Assembly (NCBI GenBank): GCA_023250585.1 | Contig: JAHFAK010000001.1 | Location: 232-64,231, forward strand | From: Deltaproteobacteria bacterium | GTDB lineage: Bacteria; Bdellovibrionota_F; JAHFAK01 | Direction: 5' to 3' | Length of the DNA: 64,000 nucleotides | Shown here: positions 9,718 to 19,638 of the stretch, piece after piece | Position numbering within the stretch: position 1 is the stretch's first letter | Layout: each line of letters opens with the position of its first letter | Translations under genes and position numbers: made by a program | The notes under the pieces: generated by a model | Database searches by the model: none | The model's input: only the letters and a program-made list of their open reading frames with translations | What the model was told of the DNA's origin: nothing

Positions 9718-10562
9718 AGAGTATTTTCCAATTCTTTAAGTGCATTCGTAAACTCATCTCCTTGAGGAGAACGGTAATGCCACAAAAGTAAATTTTCCAT
9801 GAAACTTACCCCTTTACCTTTAATCGTATGAGCGATAATACAACTTGGTTTACCCAAGGTAAATGGAAGAGTATCAAAAGCTTCTTTAATTTCTTTAAAA
9901 TCATGCCCATTGATCTCGTGAACTCCCCATCCAAATGCTTTCCACTTGTCGGCAAAAGGATCAAGATTGAGAACTTCTTTAACGGTTCCTAAACTCTGAA
10001 TCTTGTTGTAATCAACGATTGCAATCAAATTATCGAGTTTATGATGGGGAGCAAAGAGCGCTGCTTCCCAAATTGATCCTTCATCACATTCTCCATCAGA
10101 AAGCATCGTAAAAATTCGATATGATTTATTATCGTGTTTCGCTGCTAAAGCCATGCCAGAAGCTATACTTAATCCATGACCAAGAGCACCCGTTGAGACC
10201 TCAACACCAGGAATACCAGAATGAGTAACATGCCCAGGTAGATGTGATCCATTTAAATAAAAATCATCGAGCCATTTTTTTGGAAAAAAGCCACGTTCAG
10301 CTAGAATTGCGTAGAGCCCTGCACATCCATGTCCCTTACTTAAAATAAAACGATCTCGATCGGGCCATTCGGGTTTATGAGGATCCACTCGAAGCGTATC
10401 AGTATAGAGGACTGCAAGAAGATCTGCCATTGAAAATGAGCTTCCAACATGAGCACTCTTTGCTCGTCCGATCATTTTCAAAACATCAATACGAATTTTT
10501 TTTGCTCTATGCTTATATTTTTCTTCTTCAGCATGTGAAAAAGTTATTCTTCTTTTGGACAT
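9714..10562 (-). CDS. transketolase, N-terminal (thiamine-diphosphate-binding) subunit
   Basis: GHGCAGLYAILAERGF, GALGHGLSIASGMA, and the TPP/Mg site SDGECDEGSIWEA. Confidence 0.8.
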   Translation of the reverse strand: MSKRRITFSHAEEEKYKHRAKKIRIDVLKMIGRAKSAHVGSSFSMADLLAVLYTDTLRVDPHKPEWPDRDRFILSKGHGCAGLYAILAERGFFPKKWLDDFYLNGSHLPGHVTHSGIPGVEVSTGALGHGLSIASGMALAAKHDNKSYRIFTMLSDGECDEGSIWEAALFAPHHKLDNLIAIVDYNKIQSLGTVKEVLNLDPFADKWKAFGWGVHEINGHDFKEIKEAFDTLPFTLGKPSCIIAHTIKGKGVSFMENLLLWHYRSPQGDEFTNALKELENTL

Positions 10563-11164
10563 GACGTTAGCCTACTATCGACAAGTATTCGAAAGGTACG
10601 ATAGATAACTTTAAAATAGTTGCTGATCGAGGGATTGTTCACATACACAAGGCCAAGATGAATTTTTTCTGGCCGAATTAATCGTTTATATGCCTCATGA
10701 GGATCTGCTGCTCCCTTTAGAATTTCGCCTTCATTATGAAATTTAATTGATGCATAGTCGGTAATACCTGGCCTAATTGCTAGAAGTTTTCTTTCTTCTT
10801 CATTATAAAGATCCACCTCTTGTTGAACCTCTGGCCTTGGACCAACAATACTCATATCACCTTTTAACACATTCAATAATTGCGCAAGTTCATCAAGTTT
10901 GTAATTCCGAATAAAATGACCTATTTTCGTAATGCGAGGATCATCATCTGATGTCGATGGCCCACCAATTTTATCAGCATTTATAACCATTGTACGAAAT
11001 TTAAAAATCTTAAATTTCTTTCCATTTTTGCCAACTCTAATACCTCTATAAAATGCAGGGCCTTCTGAAGTGAGTTTAATTCCAATAACAAGAGCTAACA
11101 ATAGTGGAAAACTAATAATAAGACCTGTTAAAGCAAAGATAATATCGAACAAACGTTTTATCAT
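10544..11164 (-). CDS. small bacterial sugar transferase (PglC/WbaP C-domain type undecaprenyl-phosphate sugar-1-phosphate transferase), initiating enzyme
   Basis: Single N-terminal TM (LFDIIFALTGLIISFPLLLALVIGI), then KIFKFRTM and MSIVGPRPE motifs of the Bac_transf family. 206 aa. Confidence 0.85.
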   Translation of the reverse strand: MIKRLFDIIFALTGLIISFPLLLALVIGIKLTSEGPAFYRGIRVGKNGKKFKIFKFRTMVINADKIGGPSTSDDDPRITKIGHFIRNYKLDELAQLLNVLKGDMSIVGPRPEVQQEVDLYNEEERKLLAIRPGITDYASIKFHNEGEILKGAADPHEAYKRLIRPEKIHLGLVYVNNPSISNYFKVIYRTFRILVDSRLTSCPKEE

Positions 11165-11319
11165 GGCCGTGATTTATATTACACTTAAGAAGAATGTGTA
11201 AAGAAAAAAGTATTTGGGGTCTATAATCTCAAAATTCTCGTTAAAAAACAATATATCAATAGTAAACGATCATAATTTATATTCTTGCAAAATCATAGCG
11301 AGTTACCTACTATTTCCTA
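11165..11319. promoter_or_regulatory. divergent AT-rich intergenic region between the minus-strand locus and the only internal plus-strand gene; likely carries promoter(s)
   Basis: 155-nt non-coding gap flanked by divergent start codons. No specific -35/-10 assignment attempted. Confidence 0.3.
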
Positions 11320-12615
11320 ATGTTTACTCGTTTTCTAACTCGTTTAAATTCATCTGTCATGCTCCTTACTTCAACAATATTCGTTATCACCCTTTGTATT
11401 TCATGGAAACATCTACCTATTACAATAGATAATTATGTACCAAACCAAGATCGAAAGTATTACGAAAAAATAGCTCTTGGAAAATATTCTGAAGTTATTA
11501 AACCATTTTCAAAACGCGTTTTGCATCCGATTGTAGCTCGCAGTATAAGCTCTCTTTCCTCGTTGTCACTGAACCAATCATTTTTTATTATTTCTATTAT
11601 TTCGCTGATCATATTTATTTCATTTATTCTATGGATAATTAAAAACGAATCGTCGTTTCCTTTAGCAATGACTATACCCCTCTTAGTCACACCGTATATG
11701 AGTCTTCTCTTTTATGATTATTATATGCACGATCTCTTTTTTTCTACCGTGCTTATTGCCTTTTTTGTTTTTTTTATCAAAAAACTTTGGCCGCTTATGT
11801 TCTTAAGTCTCTATGCACTCTTTCTCATTCGAGAGGCGACAATACTCTTAAGCTTAATACTTATTATTTCATGCATCATAAAAAAAGAACCCCGGATCCT
11901 TTTGGGTGTTATTATAGCCACGGGATTAGGTCTTGTTAGTTCTTCATATTTTGCTGGATTAGGACAAGAGAATCGACATGCCTTAGGAGAACTTATTTTC
12001 ATGATCTCAAAAATTATTCACAACACCTTTTCAAATTTTTTTGGTATTAATTTGTGGGTAAATACTTATAAAGATTGTCATCCTATTTTAGAAATTAACA
12101 TTGTCAGACATCCTGATTGGCTTTCATTTGGTAAAATCACTAATTTTGGCGTATGTGATTTTAATCTTCTCCAACCTCTTCATACTTTGATACGATATCT
12201 TTCGTCATTTGGCCTAATTCCTCTTCTTTTCTTTTATATTATTAAACGCGAAGGGAAAAAGATTATAGAACACAATGATCTATGGTTTATTTCCTGTTTA
12301 CTTTTTGGCTTAGTGAGCTTTGTGATCGGCCCATGCTTAGGGCCAGGAGGATATCGTCTGATGGGTTATGGATGGCCACTATTTTGGATAGTATGTCCTA
12401 TTCTCATGTCGCTTTTTATTCAAAGCGAACCAGCAACGCGAAATAAAATTGTTATAATCCATGTAGTGTTAACATGGATTCTTTCGATAATGGAAATACT
12501 TCTTCCAAAATCAGAATTATTATACCCTCTTACCTTCTCTTTTATTCTTATTCTTTATGTACTTGCGTTTAGTCAGCTAAAAAAGATGAGCTTTATTTTG
12601 AGTAATAACGAATAG
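11320..12615 (+). CDS. polytopic integral membrane protein of unknown function (at least 10 predicted TM helices)
   Basis: 431-aa ORF dominated by hydrophobic helices. It is the only plus-strand gene inside the locus and is convergent with the downstream epimerase gene. No catalytic motif recognised. Confidence 0.5.
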   Translation: MFTRFLTRLNSSVMLLTSTIFVITLCISWKHLPITIDNYVPNQDRKYYEKIALGKYSEVIKPFSKRVLHPIVARSISSLSSLSLNQSFFIISIISLIIFISFILWIIKNESSFPLAMTIPLLVTPYMSLLFYDYYMHDLFFSTVLIAFFVFFIKKLWPLMFLSLYALFLIREATILLSLILIISCIIKKEPRILLGVIIATGLGLVSSSYFAGLGQENRHALGELIFMISKIIHNTFSNFFGINLWVNTYKDCHPILEINIVRHPDWLSFGKITNFGVCDFNLLQPLHTLIRYLSSFGLIPLLFFYIIKREGKKIIEHNDLWFISCLLFGLVSFVIGPCLGPGGYRLMGYGWPLFWIVCPILMSLFIQSEPATRNKIVIIHVVLTWILSIMEILLPKSELLYPLTFSFILILYVLAFSQLKKMSFILSNNE

Positions 12616-13570
12616 CTCGATCAATACCTGCTTGAAAATCAATCGTATATTTGAATCCCATTTTATGTTGTTTTGCAGTATCACCTCCGCGTGCAAAAAC
12701 ACCTTCGGGCTTATCTGACATACCTATCACATCAGGTGAATAACCACAGAACTGTGCTGCTACTCGCGCAAAATCTTTAAAGCTTGTATAGACTCCAGTT
12801 GAGAGATTAAGAGCTTCGCCATTGTCTATTCGGTCCATGGTTTTCAAAATACCATCAACACAATCTTCAATATGAATAAAATCTCTCATTTGGTCGCCAG
12901 TACCCCAAACACGGAGAAGCTTCTCCCCTTTGTGTGCCATAGCTCTTTTACAAATACTTGGAAATGGATATGTATCATTTTGATCTTCTCCATAACCGGA
13001 AAAAGGTCGATAGGTAACTGACTTCAATCCATGTTTTTCATATGCAAGTCGTGCGCAATATTCATGAGTTAGTTTTGCCCAACCATATGACATATCAGGC
13101 ATACCGAGATCTTCAGTAAAATCAATCATATCTTCTTTTAATAATACATAATTATCGTGCTTTTGATATTTAATGGGATATGCAGCTGAAGAACTAAAAC
13201 AGATTGTTTTTTTCGGCTGCGTTTTGACTGCCCATTGCCAATATTCAGAATCGATTGATAAATCATCGGCAACAGCGAGCGGGTTATTTTCAATCATAAG
13301 CCGTCCACCAACCATAGCAGCTAAATGAAAACAATAATCAAAGTCATTATCTAAAATCTTTTTAAAATACGACCGACAATCTTCATAGTGAAATTCAAAA
13401 TTTTTATAATCACGTGGATCAAATAACGGCCATCCTTTTTTTGGATCAATTCCCCCTGTGTAAGGAGCGACATTATCAATGCAAATTACTTTATCTCCAA
13501 AATCAAGAAACCGTCTCACCACATGTCTACCAACAAAACCTGCTCCGCCGGTAACTAATATTTTACGCAT
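12593..13570 (-). CDS. NAD(P)-dependent nucleotide-sugar epimerase/dehydratase/reductase (extended SDR)
   Basis: Start refined to the internal Met (MRKILVTGGAGFVGRHVV), which gives an 8-nt overlap with the upstream gene. Catalytic YGWAKL (YxxxK) is present. Confidence 0.8.
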   Translation of the reverse strand: MRKILVTGGAGFVGRHVVRRFLDFGDKVICIDNVAPYTGGIDPKKGWPLFDPRDYKNFEFHYEDCRSYFKKILDNDFDYCFHLAAMVGGRLMIENNPLAVADDLSIDSEYWQWAVKTQPKKTICFSSSAAYPIKYQKHDNYVLLKEDMIDFTEDLGMPDMSYGWAKLTHEYCARLAYEKHGLKSVTYRPFSGYGEDQNDTYPFPSICKRAMAHKGEKLLRVWGTGDQMRDFIHIEDCVDGILKTMDRIDNGEALNLSTGVYTSFKDFARVAAQFCGYSPDVIGMSDKPEGVFARGGDTAKQHKMGFKYTIDFQAGIDRAIRYYSK

Positions 13571-14486
13571 TTCTAAAATGTCTCCTATAGAGTTCAAAAG
13601 CTGTGATTGATATTTCAGGAAGATACTTCTCAATACTTTCCGGATCTTTTTTCAAATCCTCTACAAGCTTTAAATTATTTTCGTATCCTAAATATTCTTT
13701 TTTCATATCAACAACTAGATCATGTTCATTACGTTCCTGATATACTGTTGGCGCTCCGTAAATAACCTTTGCTCCTTTTGCTTGAACATAATATGCCGCC
13801 CAAATATCATCCATACGGCCAATATGAGGAAACAAAAAGTAATCCTTGAGGAGGCTACTCCGTATAAAAGTATTCTGCGAATTAAAAGGTGAAAGCTGAT
13901 TACTTGTAAACGGAAATGGTTTTTTATCAAACTGACATTCTGGTCGATGTTCCATACGACAAATAGCATCGATATCGGGATCACCATTCCAGAAATCTGC
14001 TTGAACATCAGGTGTAATCGTTGTTGTCTCAACGTGTGAGTAATCTCTTCGAGGGATTAATTGCAAAGGATATCCTCTATGCCATAAATGGTTTTCATTG
14101 GTTACTCCAATAGGATCAAATGCAGGAAGGTCTGTTTTGTAATACGAAACTTTTAATGTCTTACCTACACTAACATTACTACCCCATGTGTCATAGGGAA
14201 TATTATCATCATCAATAACTGCAACGATATCAGCACCCATATCATGAGCCCACAGAAGACCAAAATTTCTGCGTTGTATACAATTCCACCCAATAGCATC
14301 TGATAACTTTTTATCATACTTTTCTTGCATCTCACACGATACGTATAACCCTCGATCGAGTTTATAGTTTGCAGGAGTTTTTTTATCACCAATTACCACA
14401 AGATCCCAATCCGTGAACGATTGAAATTTATGTAAAGCCTTAGTGATGGGATTAATCGTTGTTGTAACAATGACTTTCTTAGACAT
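13563..14486 (-). CDS. RGP / UDP-L-arabinopyranose mutase-like protein (GT75 family homologue)
   Basis: Blocks collinear with plant reversibly-glycosylated polypeptides: VIDDDNIP (RGP TIDDDCF), HRGYPLQLIPRR (RGP VRGYPFSLREG), GRMDDIWAAYYVQ (RGP GRYDDMWAGWCVK), DMKKEY (RGP NLKKEY). Confidence 0.6.
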   Translation of the reverse strand: MSKKVIVTTTINPITKALHKFQSFTDWDLVVIGDKKTPANYKLDRGLYVSCEMQEKYDKKLSDAIGWNCIQRRNFGLLWAHDMGADIVAVIDDDNIPYDTWGSNVSVGKTLKVSYYKTDLPAFDPIGVTNENHLWHRGYPLQLIPRRDYSHVETTTITPDVQADFWNGDPDIDAICRMEHRPECQFDKKPFPFTSNQLSPFNSQNTFIRSSLLKDYFLFPHIGRMDDIWAAYYVQAKGAKVIYGAPTVYQERNEHDLVVDMKKEYLGYENNLKLVEDLKKDPESIEKYLPEISITAFELYRRHFRNA

Positions 14487-14502
14487 GTATCACCTCATGA
14501 AT

Positions 14503-15261
14503 TTATAATGATTGTTTTAAAAATCGAGCTTTTGGCGAAAAACGAACCTTCAATCCAATTTTAAAATAGAGAAAATTTCTGAAGAAAGTATTCTGAGATT
14601 CTCCCTCAACTCTCGCCTTCCATACTGATGGAATTTCGATTACGGGAATATTCAAACGTAACGGTTTTATAAGCGTTTCAAATAAAAATGGATGGCGTAG
14701 CTCTTCCCAATGAATATTCTGAACCACGCTTGTTGGAAACAGACGATAACCATACGTCATATCAGAAAGTTTTGTTTTGTATATTAACGAAAAGAATTTT
14801 TGAAAAACAAAATTGAAAAACCATTTAAGCGAATTATAGCCTTCAAATGTTCCTCCCTTAAGCCAACGGGAAGCGGTAATAATTGAATGAGGATTACTCT
14901 TTGCATGATTAATAAAGTGAACTACATCTTCAGGGTTAGTTTCCAAATCACTAGCCATCATAATAACATGGCTTCCTTGAGATAGATCAAAGGCCTCTCG
15001 AATAGCACCACCTAAAAAAGGAAGTTTTTGATGATGAATTATATAACGTCTGGGATCACAAACTACATAAGATCTACAAATTTCAAGACTCTCTTTCGTT
15101 GTCTTTTGACAAACAATCATGACATATTCCTTCACTGCTACCGATGAACTCTCTTCTATAATTTCTATAGTTTTTTTTAAAGACAAAGTTTCATTAATAA
15201 CAGGAAGCAATACAGTTACTGATTCAAATTTTGTTGCTATCTTCATAGTATCTTCTCGCAT
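14503..15261 (-). CDS. GT2-family glycosyltransferase (polyprenyl-phosphate sugar synthase-like, DPM1/ArnC type)
   Basis: N-terminal VTVLLPVINETLSLKKTIEIIEE glycos_transf_2 signature. 252 aa, soluble. Start may be the Met 5 codons in (MKIATKF). Confidence 0.7.
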   Translation of the reverse strand: MREDTMKIATKFESVTVLLPVINETLSLKKTIEIIEESSSVAVKEYVMIVCQKTTKESLEICRSYVVCDPRRYIIHHQKLPFLGGAIREAFDLSQGSHVIMMASDLETNPEDVVHFINHAKSNPHSIITASRWLKGGTFEGYNSLKWFFNFVFQKFFSLIYKTKLSDMTYGYRLFPTSVVQNIHWEELRHPFLFETLIKPLRLNIPVIEIPSVWKARVEGESQNTFFRNFLYFKIGLKVRFSPKARFLKQSL

Positions 15262-15315
15262 ACTAAGGTGTATTCATCCAATCTCATGATATTTGTCAAT
15301 AATTTAATATATATA

Positions 15316-16302
15316 TTATGCTTCATTATGAATTTCTTGGGTTATAGTAGACGTTGAAACTTCTGATGACAATGCATGCCTCAGAAAAAACATTCCAGTT
15401 ATTCCTTTTAAAAGAAAATTTATCATTTGAGCTGACAGACTTATAAGAATAACCATTTCACTCGCAGATACTTGTCCACTTGAAATAACTTCCCCACTGA
15501 TCTTATCAGCAAAAAAGGTAACAGTAACAAGTTGAACAACTCCTAATCCTCCTGGTGTTAATGGAATAGTTCCCAACAACATAATAATCGGAAGATAGGT
15601 AAGAACTGTTATAAAAGAAATATGCACGCTAAAAGTCCACGCAAAAAAGAAGAATGATGTATTAATAATCATATGAAGTGGGAATCGAATAGAAAGAGTA
15701 TATCCATAATCAGAAAAGTTTCGATCACGAAATGCTGAAAAGATATGAAATCGAGATGTCCAATTAAATAGTCTATTTTTCATGAGAGGTTTTCCCAAGA
15801 AAGCTAAAAGAATAATTCCGATTGTCGTAATAACCCAAAGTATTCGCAGAGACTGAAGAAAATTAAATTTCTCACTACTCAAATCAGAAAAACAAGAGCC
15901 AAAGAATGCGAGACTCACAATCCAATATAAATCTATCAATACAATGAATGAAACGAGGCTCGTACTTTTTAAAAACGGAAGATTTTTTTCTCGTTTGAAA
16001 AACCACGCGAGTGCACCCTGTCCGGCTGCATAGTTCACAAGCATTACAAGGTATGAAGCTAAACGAGGAACAAAAAGCTCACGCGCTGAAGTAATACTCC
16101 CAACTCGAGAAAAGAAACGTGACAGTGCCCAGCAATCAAGCCACCATACTATTACAAAATACATTATTGAAAAGCCAAGAAAATATGGTAACTGAACATA
16201 GGAAAGTGCAACCCCTAAATTAGTAATAGGATATTTCTTAAATAAATAATAAAATATAATAAGAGCAATACCCCAAGGTAATAATCTTTTTAATAAGCCC
16301 AT
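15316..16302 (-). CDS. integral membrane protein, flippase-like / lysylphosphatidylglycerol-synthase-TM-like family (partner of the GT2 above)
   Basis: 328 aa with about 8 TM helices. Positioned immediately upstream of a DPM1-like GT2, as in lipid-linked sugar modification pairs. Confidence 0.4.
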   Translation of the reverse strand: MGLLKRLLPWGIALIIFYYLFKKYPITNLGVALSYVQLPYFLGFSIMYFVIVWWLDCWALSRFFSRVGSITSARELFVPRLASYLVMLVNYAAGQGALAWFFKREKNLPFLKSTSLVSFIVLIDLYWIVSLAFFGSCFSDLSSEKFNFLQSLRILWVITTIGIILLAFLGKPLMKNRLFNWTSRFHIFSAFRDRNFSDYGYTLSIRFPLHMIINTSFFFFAWTFSVHISFITVLTYLPIIMLLGTIPLTPGGLGVVQLVTVTFFADKISGEVISSGQVSASEMVILISLSAQMINFLLKGITGMFFLRHALSSEVSTSTITQEIHNEA

Positions 16303-16317
16303 ATATTTCCTCTCATT

Positions 16318-17205
16318 TTAGAGACTGCGATTTTTATCTTCCCCTTTCAAAAGAGAAAGTAAATATTCACCATACCCGCTTAAGGATTGGGTTGAGGCAA
16401 GTCGTTCGAGTTGTGTATCATCTATCCAACCTTCACGGAAAGCTATTTCTTCTATACAAGCAATTTTTAGTCCTTGTCTTTTCTCAATAGTGGCAATGAA
16501 ATTGCCTGCGTCAAGTAACGAATTGTACGTTCCTGTATCAAGCCATGCAATACCACGACCAAGTTTTTCTACATGAAGTTCACCTAATTTTAAATAGACA
16601 TTATTCACATCAGTGATTTCCAATTCACCTCTTTGCGATGGTTTAAGATCAGCTGCAATTTTCGTAACTTTATTATCATAGAAATATAATCCCGTGATTG
16701 CATAATTCGATTTCGCTTTTTTCGGTTTTTCTTCAATGCTTATTACGGCTCCCTTACTATCAAATTCAACTACACCGTATCGTTCAGGATCCTTTACCCA
16801 ATACCCAAATACTGTTCCTCCAGACTTTTGATTGACTGCACGACGAAGAGATTCAGTAAGACCATGACCAAAAAATATATTATCTCCTAATGCTAAAGTA
16901 CATGAGTCTTCTTTTAAAAAGTTTTTTCCAATAAGAAAACTCTGAGCTATTCCTTCTGGTCTTTCTTGAATAGCATAAGAAAAGTTAACACCCCATTGTG
17001 AACCATCATTTAAAAAATTGTGAAAGAGTGTTTGAGAATCCGGCGTTGTAATAATCAATATATCCTGAATTCCTGCAAGCATGAGCGTTGAAATTGGATA
17101 ATAAATCATGGGCTTATCATAAATAGGTAATAACTGTTTACTTATGCTTCGAGTAATCGGATAAAGCCGAGATCCTGACCCTCCAGCAAGAATAATTCCT
17201 TTCAT
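16318..17205 (-). CDS. rfbA: glucose-1-phosphate thymidylyltransferase
   Basis: [46 protein letters not shown] is nearly canonical RmlA. Confidence 0.95.
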   Translation of the reverse strand: MKGIILAGGSGSRLYPITRSISKQLLPIYDKPMIYYPISTLMLAGIQDILIITTPDSQTLFHNFLNDGSQWGVNFSYAIQERPEGIAQSFLIGKNFLKEDSCTLALGDNIFFGHGLTESLRRAVNQKSGGTVFGYWVKDPERYGVVEFDSKGAVISIEEKPKKAKSNYAITGLYFYDNKVTKIAADLKPSQRGELEITDVNNVYLKLGELHVEKLGRGIAWLDTGTYNSLLDAGNFIATIEKRQGLKIACIEEIAFREGWIDDTQLERLASTQSLSGYGEYLLSLLKGEDKNRSL

Positions 17206-18068
17206 GTACGATACCTCTTTTCTTGTAAATAATCAGTCAGCGCTTCTTGCCAAGAACGAATAGATCCAATCTGGGCAGTGAGTTTAGCATTATCTAATAC
17301 ACTATAGCGTGGTCGTATTGCTTTATGAGGATACGTAGTACTTGTAACAACGCTAAGATTTGCATCACTTTTAATGTGTGAAATTATTTCTTGTGCAAAA
17401 TTAAACCAGGTTGCATGCCCTGTATTTACAGCATTATACATTCCAGGCTGTATTTTATTTTCCAAAATTATCCATATCCATTGTGCCAAATCTTTGGTAG
17501 ATGTAGGCGACATGGTTATATCATTAACGACCTCTATTGGTTTTTTCTCTTTTGTTTTATTAATTATGCTTGCAACAAAATTTCCGCCTTTGCCACGAGA
17601 GCCGGCAATACCAAAAAGAGAAGCTGTTCGTAAAATAATATTCTCCGAATATTCAAGTGCAAACACTTCTCCCAATGCTTTTGAAGTTCCATATACGCTC
17701 AAAGGTATAGGTAAATCAGCCTCTATATATGGTGTAGATTTGTTACCCGAAAACACATAGTCGGAACTAATATGTATAAAAATATGTTTTTGTTTTTCAC
17801 AAACTCGAGCAAATTCACGAACTGCGTATGCATTTACAAGGTAGGCTTCATGAACATTACTTTCCGCATCATCAACTCGATTATATGCAGCACAATTGAT
17901 AAGCACATCGAAGGATTGTTCAATAAGCAAAGGATAAATTCTCGCTGTATCGGATAAATCGAGTTGAGAACGATTGATAGAAACTATATCGATTTTGTTA
18001 TGGAGAGGTTTTGTTCTCATAAGATCACTTCCGAGTTGTCCACGAGAACCAATAATTAATATTTTCAA
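17202..18068 (-). CDS. rfbD: dTDP-4-dehydrorhamnose reductase
   Basis: [16 protein letters not shown] start, YGTSKALGE catalytic region. 288 aa. Context between rfbB and rfbA. Confidence 0.85.
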   Translation of the reverse strand: MKILIIGSRGQLGSDLMRTKPLHNKIDIVSINRSQLDLSDTARIYPLLIEQSFDVLINCAAYNRVDDAESNVHEAYLVNAYAVREFARVCEKQKHIFIHISSDYVFSGNKSTPYIEADLPIPLSVYGTSKALGEVFALEYSENIILRTASLFGIAGSRGKGGNFVASIINKTKEKKPIEVVNDITMSPTSTKDLAQWIWIILENKIQPGMYNAVNTGHATWFNFAQEIISHIKSDANLSVVTSTTYPHKAIRPRYSVLDNAKLTAQIGSIRSWQEALTDYLQEKRYRT

Positions 18069-19078
18069 CGGTAATTACCTCTCATTCTTTGACCGTACTG
18101 TCGGTTATAATACTCCTCGAAACTTTTTCCCGTCTTAATTGGATGCCACCAATCACGCCTTTCCGTATACCATGAAATCGTATCTTTAAGGGCACCCTGA
18201 AATGATGTTTCTGGCTTCCATCCAAGCTTTTGTATTTTCTTACAATTGAGTGCATACCGTTTATCATGGCCTGGACGATCCTCTATATAGTGTAAAAGTT
18301 CTTTTGGCTTTCCCATAATCGTTAAGATCTCTTCAAATAATGTTTTGTTTTCTATCGAACAGGTTCCTCCAATATTATAAATTTCTCCAGGAACACCTTT
18401 TTCAAGGAGTAAATTTATTGCCCGCACATGATCGACGACATAGAGCCAATCACGAACATTGGTTCCTGTCCCATACAACGGAAATGGTTTATCTTCTAAA
18501 GCATTGGTAATCAAAAGCGGTAAAGCTTTTTCAGGAAATTGATACGGACCAAAGTTATTTGAACATCTAGTGGTAATTACAGGAAGGTTATAAGTTACAA
18601 AATACGAACGAGCAAAAAGATCGGAAGATGCTTTGGAAGCAGAGTATGGACTATTTGGTTCGAGGCTATCTGTCTCAACTGACTCTCCTTCTTCAACTGA
18701 ACCATATACTTCATCAGTACTGATATGAATAAAAAGTTTTATTTTGTTCGAAAGTGCCGTTTTAAGTAAGGTATATGTTCCTGTTACATTTGTTTTTAAA
18801 AATGCTTCTGGATCGAGTACTGATCTATCAACATGTGTCTCTGCGGCAAAGTGCACAACATAGTCGCAGTCTTTCATTGCAGTACTCACAACGTGAAAAT
18901 CAACAATATCTCCCTTAATCCAAGTATAATAGGGACTTGTTTCGATATCTTTGAGATTTTCAGGATTTCCTGAATAGGTTTGTTTATCTAAATTTACTAC
19001 TGCAATATTTTTTTGTATGAGTGAACGAACGAAATGTGAACCAATAAACCCAAGTCCTCCAGTAACTAATACTTTCAT
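18065..19078 (-). CDS. rfbB: dTDP-glucose 4,6-dehydratase
   Basis: MKVLVTGGLGFIGSHFVR, HFAAETHVDRS, YSASKASSD (YxxxK), ISTDEVYG are canonical RmlB. Confidence 0.95.
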   Translation of the reverse strand: MKVLVTGGLGFIGSHFVRSLIQKNIAVVNLDKQTYSGNPENLKDIETSPYYTWIKGDIVDFHVVSTAMKDCDYVVHFAAETHVDRSVLDPEAFLKTNVTGTYTLLKTALSNKIKLFIHISTDEVYGSVEEGESVETDSLEPNSPYSASKASSDLFARSYFVTYNLPVITTRCSNNFGPYQFPEKALPLLITNALEDKPFPLYGTGTNVRDWLYVVDHVRAINLLLEKGVPGEIYNIGGTCSIENKTLFEEILTIMGKPKELLHYIEDRPGHDKRYALNCKKIQKLGWKPETSFQGALKDTISWYTERRDWWHPIKTGKSFEEYYNRQYGQRMRGNYR

Positions 19079-19638
19079 TACAGTAACTCCCGTGCAGCAA
19101 CAAGGTTAGGCCACCCGAGATCTTTTTCTGAAAGAATTGCTTCTTTTTCTGAAACAGGCCATATTATTCCTAATGACGAATCATTCCATAAAATTCCCTT
19201 GTCATGTTCTTTTGAATAATAGTTTGTTACTTTATAAACAACTTCCGTATTTGATTCAAGGGTACAAAATCCGTGTGCAAACCCAATTGGAACAAGTAAC
19301 TGATGCCATTCTGTAGGACTTAATTCTACAGCGACATGTTTACCAAAAGAAGGAGATGCTTTTCTTATATCAAGCACAACATCGAGTATACGTCCTCGAG
19401 TAACTCGCACAAGTTTAGCTATTTCATAAGGAGGCGTCTGAAAATGCAATCCGCGAATCGTCCCTCGTGCTTCGCTCAAAGAATGATTATCTTGAACAAA
19501 TTTTTCAGTAATTCCCGCCTTATGAAATGCCTTTTCATTATATGTTTCAGAAAAAAACCCTCGTGAATCATTAATTTTACGGGTAATAATTAATTTGATT
19601 TCTGGAATTTCGAGTGGAATTACGTCTATCTTATTCAT
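19078..19638 (-). CDS. rfbC: dTDP-4-dehydrorhamnose 3,5-epimerase
   Basis: 186-aa cupin with RGLHFQ and FSETYN motifs of RmlC. Confidence 0.9.
   Translation of the reverse strand: MNKIDVIPLEIPEIKLIITRKINDSRGFFSETYNEKAFHKAGITEKFVQDNHSLSEARGTIRGLHFQTPPYEIAKLVRVTRGRILDVVLDIRKASPSFGKHVAVELSPTEWHQLLVPIGFAHGFCTLESNTEVVYKVTNYYSKEHDKGILWNDSSLGIIWPVSEKEAILSEKDLGWPNLVAARELL

Noticed and set aside
17374-17760. 128-aa and 80-aa plus-strand ORFs
   Set aside because: Antisense to rfbD, which has a canonical product. No independent support.
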